The notes beneath the pieces are model-generated. The model had not been told where the DNA came from. It saw nothing but the letters and a program-made list of their open reading frames with translations, and ran no database searches. Of a stretch of 64,000 nucleotides of DNA, positions 53,847 to 64,000 are shown piece after piece (within the stretch, counting starts at the first letter, position 1; the number at the start of each line of letters is the position of its first letter). The DNA is from Hemiscyllium ocellatum (Eukaryota). The translations under genes were made by a program, and so were the position numbers. Where the stretch lies: NCBI RefSeq assembly GCF_020745735.1, contig NC_083419.1, forward strand, positions 2,976,001 to 3,040,000, written 5' to 3'.

Positions 53847-54365
53847 CATTAAGTGTATAAGTCATGCTAAGATTTGCATTTCCAAAATGCAGCACTTCAC
53901 ATTTATCTAAATTAAACTTCTCATCCCATTGGCCCATTTGATTAAGATCCCATTGTAATCAGAGGTAACCTTCTTCACTGTCCACCACACCTCCAATGTT
54001 GGTGTCATGTGCAAACTTACTAACCATACTTCCTATGCTCACATCCAAATCATTTATATAAACAATAAAAAGCAGTGGATCCAGCACTCCAACCCTTATT
54101 GCACACCATGGGTTACAGGCCTCCAGTCTGAAAAACAAGTGAGTTCTGTATCCAAGTGGCTTGTTCTCCTTATATTCCACATGATCTAACCTTATTAACC
54201 AGTCTCTCATGAGGAACCTTGTCAAATGTCTTACTGAAGTCCACATAGATCACATCCACTGCTCTGCCCTCATCAATCATCTTCATTACTTCTTCAAAAA
54301 ACTCAATCAAGTTTGGGAGACATGATTTCCCATACACAAAGCCATGTCAACTGTCCTTAAATCAA

Positions 54366-54839
54366 AAGGGCCTCCTTCACCGCCGCTCCCTCACCACCAG
54401 ACGCCTGGAGGAAGAACGCCTCATCTTCCGCCTCGGAACACTTCAACCCCAGGGCATCAATGTGGGCTTCAACAGTTTCCTCATTTCCCCTTCCCCCACC
54501 TCATCCTAGTTCCAAACTTCCAGCTCAGTACTGTCCCCATGACTGTCCGGACTTGTCTTACCTGCCTATCTTCCTTTCCACCTATCCACTCCACCCTCTC
54601 CTCCTTGACCAATCACCTTCATCCACTCACCTATTGTACTCTATGCTACTTTCTCCCCACCCCCACCCTCCTCTAGCTTATCTCTCCATGCTTCAGGCTC
54701 ACTGCCTTTATTCCTGATGAAGGGCTTTTGCCCGAAACATCGATTTTGCTGCTCCTTGGATGCTGCCTGAACTGCTGTGCTCTTCCAGCACCACTAATCC
54801 AGAATCTGGTTTCCAGCATCTGCAGTCATTGTTTTTACC
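54366..54839 (+). mobile_element. PLE family-A 3' fragment with pLTR and mutated hammerhead (about 54710-54745)
   Basis: LEEERLIFRLGTLQPQGIN. CTGATGA-A-GGGCTTTTGCCC-GAAACATC. TSD-like tccttaa(a)tcaa. Confidence 0.9.
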
Positions 54840-56689
54840 TCCTTAATCAATCCTTGCCTTTCTAAATATTCATAAATACTGTCCCATAGGATTCCCTCCA
54901 ACAACTTGCCCACCATCGATGTTAGGCTCACCGGTCTATAGTTCCCTAGCTTTTTCTTACCATCTTGCTTAAGTAGCGGTACCACATTAGCCAACCTCCA
55001 GTCTTCTGGCACCTCACTTGTGCCTATCGATGATACAACTATCTCAGTAAGGGGACCAGCAACCTCTTCTCTCGCTTCCCGGAGTAGTTGGGTACACCTG
55101 ATCAGGTCCCAGGGATTTATCCAATTTTAAGCAGTCCAGCACCTCCTCCTTTGTAATATTGTCACGTTTCAAGATAATACTTTAGGCTGTGGGAAGAAAC
55201 CGGAGCACCCAAAGAAAATGGGCAGGAAGGCAAATGTTTGGATTGAAATTCGCAGAGGCTGGAATCGAACCCAGGTCCCAAGGAAGGAACACACAGATAG
55301 GGAGTCACTGACACAGAAGTGGGAATGCCCAAAGATAGATAAATACGAACACAGAGGCAGAAACAGGCACACAAGTGCAGAGCTAGAACCATACAGAGAC
55401 AAAAACACAAATCAACAAAGTCAGACAGACGAGAGATACTGTAACAGATGGAGGAACACACAAACTGAGAACACCAGAGATAAAGAAAAACAGATTTAAA
55501 ATTAAAAACAGTAATGCACGAACTCAGATACCATGATAAAGCATGCATAATCAATAAATATTAATACTTTTTTTGGAATTTGAATTTTGCAATAGATACT
55601 TTGGGGCGGCTTATTTCAGAGAGATTTTCTTTTTAAAAGTATGAAGCTCAGGGATTCCTTCAGAAACAGGCACAAATACAGTATTTGTCAGGAAGCAAGT
55701 GATTGCAGATCCTCACGGTATTTCAGTAAAGATGGTGGTACTGCTAGGTTTATGGCAGGTTGGGTAAACATGTAATCTTTTGTTTTCCATTCAGGTAGAA
55801 TCTGGAAGGAGCAACTTGTTTTTTCGAAAAAAAGTTCAGTTCAGTAAACATCAGGGTTGAGTTCAAAAGTCTTCCACAAATCATCCAAAGCAGTTCAGGG
55901 AACTAGAGACGTCAGAAGATTTAGTTTGTGAAACGTCTCGACCATGGGAGTTTGTTCAGAAATCTTGAGGTTATGAGAACAGAAAGTTTAGGCTCTCACT
56001 TGTGAAAAATTTCCAATCAGCAGATTTGGAAAGGACCCATCAAATTGTCTGCAGAGGCCAGAAAAAAAGCCAATAGGAGGAGTAAAACAGAAATTTGAAC
56101 AGTAAGACGGTGCAATTTCATTAGACCTGAGACTTTGTAATAAAGCTTGTTTGGCTGTGCATTTCATGGTCATACTCAATGTCTCTAATGTTTAGATACT
56201 CAATGTCTCTAATGTTTGTTTTATTTCATATCTGATTATTTTATGTAATTTACTTCCATTAAATAAAATTTGTAGTCTTCTGTAAATATGTTTGTGAATA
56301 ACTAGTAAGTTAACTTAAAAAACAAAGTGCCATCAAGCCAGAGTTTATTTTGGAAACTGAATTGTTCCATCAGCAGGGATCACAACAAGAGGGGTTTCTT
56401 CATCAGAATTTTAATTAAATATAGTTAAGAGGGAGTTGTGTCTCTTAAAACTAGGCACTGATTGACACCAATAACTGCAAGCAACTCCGCGCATACACTC
56501 ATTGGAAACACACCTCATCGTCTAGACTTCATATGTGACATTATCTGCAAATGCATTCTTCAAACAATTAGGCATATGGTGATCCTGTACATAAACCAGG
56601 AATGTTGTGGCAAATTTTATTCTATGATTTGTATTGGTCAAAATAGTTTTCCGTATCACAGTTTTCAGTGTGTAGAAGATGTAACAACA

Positions 56690-57690
56690 GTGGATTATTT
56701 GAAATGTTTGATCCAATCTAAATTGAAAGCGTGCGCAGATAAATTAGAAACAGCAATAAACCACAAAAGGTGTTTAAAGTGTTTATCCAACATTTCGAAT
56801 CAGGTGGAGCAAACCTGAAATTGCAGGGTCACTGCGAGAATTATTGGAGATTTCACTGGAAATTAAGATAACCGAGTTTGAAGAAAAAGTTAGAGAAATC
56901 AAAAAAGACTTCAGTTGGTCGAAAGAAAAGTAAAGAGCAATGAAAAGTGATGAGGAAAAAGGGAATAGAACTGGAAACATGAAAGCTGGAATTGGAAAAA
57001 CGAGAAAAAGGAATAGAAATAGGAAAGGTTTTGAAATTTAAAAATTTGAACTTAAAAGGAAAGGGGAATTAGACAATATAACTAGGCCAGAGAAAGGCTT
57101 GGAGTAAAGAATGTAGCAGTCAGAGCTCAGAGATTGATTATGATTCAAATGAGGAACTTGATAAACAAAAAATCTATACTCTATTTACTGAGGATAGAGT
57201 TGAAAGACACTTCACCTCATTTGAGAAGGTACCTGGACAGTGAGGTTAAAAAATCTTTGAACCCTCAGAACGGTACAGTAGCTAGCACTGCTGCCTCACA
57301 GCGCCAGAGACCCGGGTTCAATTCCCGCCTCAGGCAACTGTGTGTGGAGTTTGCACGTTCTCCCCGTGTCTGCGCGGGTTTCTTCCAGGTGCTCCAGTTT
57401 CTTCCTGCAGTCCAGAAATGTGCAGGTTAGGTGGATTGGCCATGCTAAATTGCCCGTAGTGTTAGGTGTCGGGGAATGGGTCTGGGTGGGTGCACTTCAG
57501 CGGGTCGGTGTGGACTTGTTGGACCGAAGGGCCTGTAAGTAATCTCATCTTAACAGCAAAGTGATTTGACAAACACAAGTTTGTCAGAAGAACAAGCTGC
57601 AGACTACGAAAAACTGTTTTTAAAAAAATGTAACTGTTTTAAAACCCAATAATATGAGCTTGTCCCTGAAGCTAAGCAATTAAAATTTAA
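56690..57690 (+). mobile_element. Decayed Gypsy-type LTR retrotransposon gag (possible LTR remnant at about 55640-56387)
   Basis: Glu/Lys-rich coiled-coil stretch, FTEDRVERHFTSFEKV at about 57184 and YELVPEA at about 57653, motifs typical of vertebrate Gypsy gag. Interrupted by an HE1 SINE. Confidence 0.65.
57268..57552 (+). mobile_element. HE1-type SINE
   Basis: Head, core and tail as in 14807-15095. Confidence 0.9.
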
Positions 57691-58204
57691 TTTCACATTC
57701 AACTTGGATCCAGTTAGTCCTGTGAAAACCTTGGAACAGAATGACTGTGTAGAGCAGTGCTCCTGAGAAAGAAATAATAGACAGTGAATTAGGTTAGCTT
57801 GAAGTGATAAGTTGGTGCCAGTTCCAGACCAGAAGTGTTGAGATAAAAACCCAAACATTTAAGCAAAGTACAGAGAACCTCAAATGCATGACAGCCCCAA
57901 AAGATTAAACCTACCAAGTTGTTGGACTCTGATGGGAGTACGAGATAGGGGAAGCATTAGGAGGGGTGATTTGGGTACTGTATAAAAGCTGTTTTATTAC
58001 TTGACAAATTTCTTTTAAAAAGTACCTTTGGGATTTGATAAGATTATACTTTTACCATACGTTTAACATTTTTGAGTTTATATCATAAGTAGTTCAATTA
58101 TTCTAATTTATCATTGTTCCTTCATAATAAAGGTTTATTTTGTGGGTAAAGAATGTAGCACTGGGTGTTTGATGTTTCACTTAGATCACTTCATTAACAC
58201 TAAA

Positions 58205-58720
58205 CCAAATCAGAAATTGCTGGAAAAGCTTAGCAGGTGTGGCAGCATCTGTGGACAGAAATCTGTGTTCCTCAAAACCGAGGAAGGGTCACTCAACCTG
58301 AACCATTAACACAGATTTCTCTCCACAGATTAGATTAAACTTACAGTGTGGAAACAGGCCCTTCGGCCCAACAAGTCCACACCGACCCGCCGAAGCGCAA
58401 CCCACCCATACCCCTACATTTACCCCTTACCTAACACTATGGGCAATTTAGCTTGGCCAATTCACCTGACCCGCACATCTTTGGACTGTGGGAGGAAACC
58501 GGAGCACCCGGAGGAAACCCACGCAGACACTGGGAGAACGTGCAAACTCCACACAGTCAGTCGCCTGAGTCGGGAATTGAACCCGGGTCTCAGGCGCTGT
58601 GAGGCAGCAGTGCTAACCACTGTGCCACCGTGCCGCCCACCAGATGCTGCCAGACCTGCTGATTTTTTCCAGCAACTTCTGTATGTTTGACTTCCAGCAT
58701 CAGCTGTGCTTTCTGTTTTT
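58205..58720. mobile_element. PLE family-D palindrome with a young HE1 SINE (58327-58638, minus) inserted; related family-D pieces at 9115-9230, 44378-44480, 46200-46330, 63040-63295
   Basis: gcagcatctgtgga.../...tccacagatgctgc arms. The SINE is flanked by a cagat duplication. Degenerate CTGA.GA-A-gagtc..gact-GAAAC cores. Confidence 0.85.
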
Positions 58721-60764
58721 ATCCAAATCCCACTCCCAAACATGTAACACCTACTCAAATAATGCATCCAGCTCCATGCATTAATCTCCTGAAAGTTAAG
58801 TATTAATAGAGTAATCATGAACCCTCCAAAAGTAATCAAACAAGCTGCCAGAATCCTACTTGACATAACCCACTAATCCAGGCCAATTACCATCAGAAAA
58901 GATTCCTGTAACCTCATGTGTATAAAGCTGATCATCTGCAGAATATTTGTTTATCTCATGGTTATTTCTAAAACCATTTTTAATTAATGTATCAAAAATT
59001 TAATCAACACAGAATCCAAGACTTTTATTAACAATCTGTTCCCCACATAACCTACCCTGCGCAAATCAATTTTGTTCTCTATTATTCAAGTTGGGGATAG
59101 GTTGCTCGAGTTTAGTTCATTGCTTAACAGCCTTCCTCATGCTCATCGCAGAGGACGTTTTCCTTGGGTACACTTTTGCCTCTGAAGCAAAAACTGAACC
59201 TAGTAAATGGGGTTTTGCGTGCCTCAGAGCTAACCCACTACACTGGGCTGGCACTGGAAATACTGCAGCTCATTATTACCTCTCATCAACTCAATGACCC
59301 AGAGAGCTATAGAGGTTTAAGGTGAGGGGGGAAAGATTTAAAAGGGACCTTCGTGGCAATTTTATCACGTTGAGGATGGTGCGTGTATGGAATGAGCTGC
59401 CAGAAGTAGTAGTGGAGGCTGGTACAGTTACATCATTTAAAAGACATCTGGATGGGGACATGAATACGAAAGAGGGATATGGGCCAAGTGGTGGCAAATG
59501 GAATTAGATTAGGTTGGGATATCCTGTCCGCATGGATGGGTTGGATCAAAGGATCTGCTTCTGTGCTGTACATCTCTATGACTGGGCGTTTTCAGGTTTT
59601 GATTTTTATAAACAAGCTCAAGCAACAGAATACCATTTGCAAATCTTGATATTTCACTCTGTTTCAACACTCAAGTCATCTATTAAAAACTATCTGTGGT
59701 CTTGGAATTGACCTTTAACCATCATCCTCCGGTCTGATAAACAACCATTTACTACAGCTGGTTCTTCTTTGCCTGCATCATATTTTTAAAAAAATGACAA
59801 CTGACACATCCTATGATACCAATTTTGTTCATTAGCTTTCCAAACTAATGTAGCTGCTGGCCTTGTCCATGGGAACACCACCTGTAAATTCCCCTCCAAG
59901 CCACTCACCAGCTTGACTTAGAAATATATCACTGTTCCTTCAGAGTTGCTGTCAAAATCCTGGAATTCCCTCCGTCAGGATATTGTGGGTTAACCTACAG
60001 CATATGGACTGCAGCAGATCAAAAAGGCAGCACACCACAAACCCTTCAGGGCAATTAGAGACAGGCAACAGAACAATGGACTTGCCAGTGCCACAAATAC
60101 CCAGTGAAAAAATAAAATATTAGGCATTTTATCAAAATCTCTAAAATCCATTTGGAATCCTCTGTTCCTGTCATGTCTTATTTATCCATAAATTTCAATT
60201 ACAAAATCAAATCAGGTTCTGTATTTTATAAATCTATGGCTGCTCGGTTTCATTAACTCAAACTTGTTTTTTCCCCTTAGTTTATTGTTTCTAAAACCTG
60301 ATCTACTGCTGTTAAACTGACCATCTGGGAAGGGTAACAAACATTCCCCAGTAACTCCAGCTGAAAGGTGCCACATGTGCTGCTCTCCAATCTTCTGGCA
60401 CCTCTCCCTGAATCTACAAAAGATTGAAAGATAATGGGACTACTTCCCACTATCTCCACATTTTGTTGACGCTATCCACTCAAGTCGAAGTCAGCCTTTT
60501 CAGGAACGTCATTCGTCTCAATGTTCAGCTCCATGACCAATATTTCGTCATCATCCACTTCCTTAGCAAACACCGACAACGAATACTGAACTACTTCCAA
60601 GCCATTTGTCATCACCACCCAAAACACATCAAGTCATGATGTGGAGACACCAGTGTTGGACTGGGGTGAACAAAGTTAAAAATCCTACAACACCCCAGGT
60701 TAGAGTCCAACAGGTTTATTTGGAAGCACTAGCTTTCAGACTCCTTCATCAAATATCAGTGCTC

Positions 60765-61625
60765 TGAAATACACCAGAACTGCGAAAAGAGGAAGAGGAA
60801 CATCTATACAAGGTATTCGCCAAAAACGGATACCCACGCAACTTTATCACCAGATGCCTAAGAGATAGACCGAGGAACGAGGACATGCCACAACCAAAAG
60901 GACTAGCCACTCTACCATACGTCAGGAGCGTCTCAGAACTGACAGCCAGACTACTGCGACCCTTAGGACTCATAACAGCACACAAGCCAACATCCACGCT
61001 CAGACAACAACTCACTAGAACAAAGGACCCAATACCCAGCATGAGCCAAACTAACGTAGTTTACAAAATACCATGCAAGGACTGCACAAAACACTATATA
61101 GGACAAACAGGAAGACAGCTAACAATCCGCATCCATGAACATCAGCTAGCCACAAAACGACACGACCAGCTATCCCTAGTAGCCATACACTCAGACAACC
61201 AGGAACATGAATTTGACTGGGAAAACACCACTATCATAGGACAAGCCAGACAGAGAACAGCCAGAGAATTCCTAGAAGCATGGCATTCATCCCCAAACTC
61301 CATCAACAGACACATCAACCTGGACCCCACATACAAATCACTGCAGCTGAAACTGACACCCGGAAACGGCAAGAACGTCCATCAACAGACACATCGACCT
61401 GGACCCCACATACAAATCACTGCAGCTGAAACTGACACCCGGAAGCGGCAAGAACAAACCAATATAAATACCGGAAGAAACATCAAAGCAGCGCTTCACA
61501 CGAGGCTCCAACAGCACTGATGATGTTCCCTAGCCAGGGAACGAAACGTTTGCAGCAAAAACTTCCAGCTCGGCGAGCAGAACCACAACAACGGATACCC
61601 GAGCTACAAATCTTCAATCAGATTT
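60765..61625 (+). mobile_element. Penelope-like element 3' part (family C): RT thumb end + GIY-YIG endonuclease ORF 60885..61520 + pLTR
   Basis: NGYP...LPYV...VVYKIPCKDCTKHYIGQTGRQLTIRIHEH...HEFDW...REFLEAW, an uninterrupted GIY-YIG domain. It sits inside a family-B palindrome (60637-60751 and 61626-61668). Confidence 0.95.
61514..61553 (+). ncRNA. Minimal type-I hammerhead ribozyme motif in PLE family-C pLTR
   Basis: gca-CTGATGA-T-GTTCCC tagcca GGGAAC-GAAA-C-GTT-tgc: 3-bp stem I, 6-bp stem II, palindromic stem III. A degenerate relative lies at about 40332-40370. Confidence 0.82.
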
Positions 61626-63389
61626 TAAACCTGTTGGACTCTAACCTGGTGTTGTGGGATTTTTAACTATATTAAACTATATATGGGATATCACTATAAA
61701 AGTTAACAGAAGGCGCTAACAGCAATAATGGAATTAGTAACATTCAAGTGCAATAAATGCCAGCAACGGATGTTTTTCATGAAAAAGGTGAGAACCTTGG
61801 AAGATTATAGTTCAGACATCTGCAAAGTTTAACTTAGTAAACATGCTCTGGGTTGCAAAATTGTAGTGACTTCACTACTTTCAAAAGGAGAGAGGGGTAG
61901 TGATGGAATTAGAGAGGAGGTGGACTAACATATTTCGACAGGGAATTAAGAGATTAAGGATGGCTTGGTGAACACCACAACATTTCAACTGATCAAAAAG
62001 TCTCCATTGTAGAGGGTTGGTCAGGTCTGACAGACACATTGGAATTTATTCGCAGAGGTGGCTTCAGGTGTGAATGGAATGTCTGTGGATTAGTTACAGG
62101 AACTTCCAGGAGGCATTTCATTAATTTACTCCTAACTGTTAACTAAACGTTAAGCTCAGAATGTGTGGTAAATGAAGAAATTGTCTGTCTCGCAGATTTG
62201 GACAATGGGCAGGCAGACTAATTGTCAAGCACTTAACTCAGTATCTCACAAACACCTGTGTTGACAACTAATCATTATTAATTACTTATAACATAGGATA
62301 GAAAGCCACATTATCCAACTGGCCAAAGACACAAAAAACGGTAGCATTCGGGTTCATGTGGTGCAGTGATAGCGTCCTTATCCCTAGACAGAGCCCTGGG
62401 TTCCAATCCCACCTGCTCCAAAGGTGTCTAATTACATCTCTCAACAGGCTGATTGGAAATAACAGGTTAATTTTGTTTTTTAAAAAAGTAGACTTGCAAT
62501 GCAGTGCAGATAAAAGTATAAAATTACAACGATGTGTTGATAGATTGTATCAACGAGCAACAAGATAAATAGACTTTGCTCGGATAGTGATACCAGATGT
62601 GGCACCAGCTGATGGTGCTATTAGATAAGTCAGATCTCAGAGTGAAACCTGCCTTGGTGGATCATTGTGTTTTAGTTTTGCAGTTCAATTACCATGGAGA
62701 GTAATCATTGAAATATTCACACAGACTGTCATGTACTTCCAATACAATAATATAGATATAAACCCAAGTGTTACATTGACTAACAAAATCCTCAAAGAAT
62801 GTTGCAACTGAGTTATATACACAGATGACTTCATTATGTCTAATCAAACTTTAGAAAGCCATTTCCAATATTGAATGAACTAAGCCATCAGTTATGAACA
62901 TCCAATTCAGTCAGAAATTCACTGTCACCCTAATTTAGGACGGATTACCAAACAGACAGATATAAAAATTCCTTTTCATTTGATCAGATCCCATGACCCT
63001 TTGCTTTTAATTACTTCTAAAGTCTGTAAGCATCTTCAAAACAAAAACAAACTGCAGTTGCTGGAAATCTGAAACACACAAAAACAAACTGCTGGAGAAA
63101 CTCAGCAGATCTGAGCATCTGTAGAGAGAAAAGAGAGCTAACGTTTTGAGCTCAGGTGATCCTTTTTCATAATAGTTCAGAAGTCATTCCAGACTTGAAA
63201 CATTAACTGTTTCTTTCTCCACAGATGCTGCCAGACCTGCTGAGTTTCTCCAGCAATTTCGGTTTTTGTTTTCAGGTTTCCAGCATCTGCAGGTTTTGAA
63301 AAAAAAAATCCATATTCTCACTTTGACCGATTTCCCTTCAGACTTTCCCTTAATGAAAAATGAGCGATTACAGAATGAAAACTAACAAC

Positions 63390-64000
63390 AGATGCAGCAT
63401 CCACTGCCTTCTGTAGCAGAGTTCCAAACAACTCCCATCCTGTGTGCATAAATGCTTCCTAACATCTCTCCTGAATACTTCGGCCCAAATCTCAGCCTCT
63501 GTCCTCTAGTTGTAGAACCCCCAATCAGTGGGAACAGCTGATCATTATCGACCCTTCCTATTCCTGTTTGTACAGGGATCTACAGGACAGAAAAAAGGAC
63601 CTTCAGGCATCACAACCCCACACAGGTCAAAAAGAACCACATAACAATTCTAACCCCAGTTTCCAGCACGTGACACCCACAAACACACATGCAAATATTT
63701 CTTCAATGTGGTGATGGTTTCCACCTCTCCCACCCTCACAGGCAGGGACTTCCAGATGCCCACCACCCTCGAGGTGAACATGTTCTTTCTTCATATCTCC
63801 TCTAAACCTCCTGGTCACTGCCCCTGGTCACTGATCCCTTCACTAAGAGGAAAAGTTTCTTCCTGTCTACCCCAGTTTCTGCCTGTCATCACCTTATCCA
63901 TCTCAATCCTGTCCCCCCTCAATCCCCTCTGCTCCAAGGGAAACAGCCCCTGTCTGTCCAATCTCTCTCCATCACAGACTCTACAGCCCAGACCTACTTC
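63390..64000 (-). mobile_element. Old CR1-clade 3' fragments
   Basis: Degenerate similarity to other CR1 3' ends in the window. Confidence 0.6.

Larger units (their letters stand above)
52819..55153 (-). mobile_element. HER1/CR1-type LINE interrupted by two PLE insertions
   Basis: ORF pieces 54794..55012 (PEDWRLANVVP..GNYRPVSLTS), 53959..54246 and 53144..53389. 3' tail at about 52820. Confidence 0.93.

Overview
Vertebrate genomic DNA, very likely from an elasmobranch (shark): it carries HE1-type SINEs, HER1/CR1-type LINEs and Deu-type SINE remnants, plus two assembly N-gaps. The only host gene I can recognise is PAWR (Par-4), on the minus strand. Its first coding exon is 51575..51069 (169 codons, phase-0 GT donor) inside a CpG island. 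I could not find the next PAWR exon by eye, so positions 1..51068 appear to be one intron of more than 51 kb. The rest is densely nested transposon debris: CR1-clade LINEs of several ages, at least four SINE families, a decayed Gypsy gag, a probable decayed Harbinger transposase and many Penelope-like elements (PLEs). The strongest non-obvious signal is that at least four PLE pseudo-LTR families carry minimal type-I hammerhead ribozyme motifs. Many copies are short palindromes with a fixed unpaired ~33-36 nt tail and 10-15 bp target-site duplications. One palindrome has an intact catalytic core on the PAWR-sense strand, and one has captured ~80 bp of neighbouring DNA in its loop. Other notable points: a template-switch inverted duplication, an altered SPSB-binding motif in Par-4, a stop-free minisatellite after the exon, and a cluster of acceptor/donor (CAG|GTA) motifs upstream of the exon. 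PLE hammerheads are already known as a class, so novelty would lie in these particular families and events. All calls are by eye and no searches were run.
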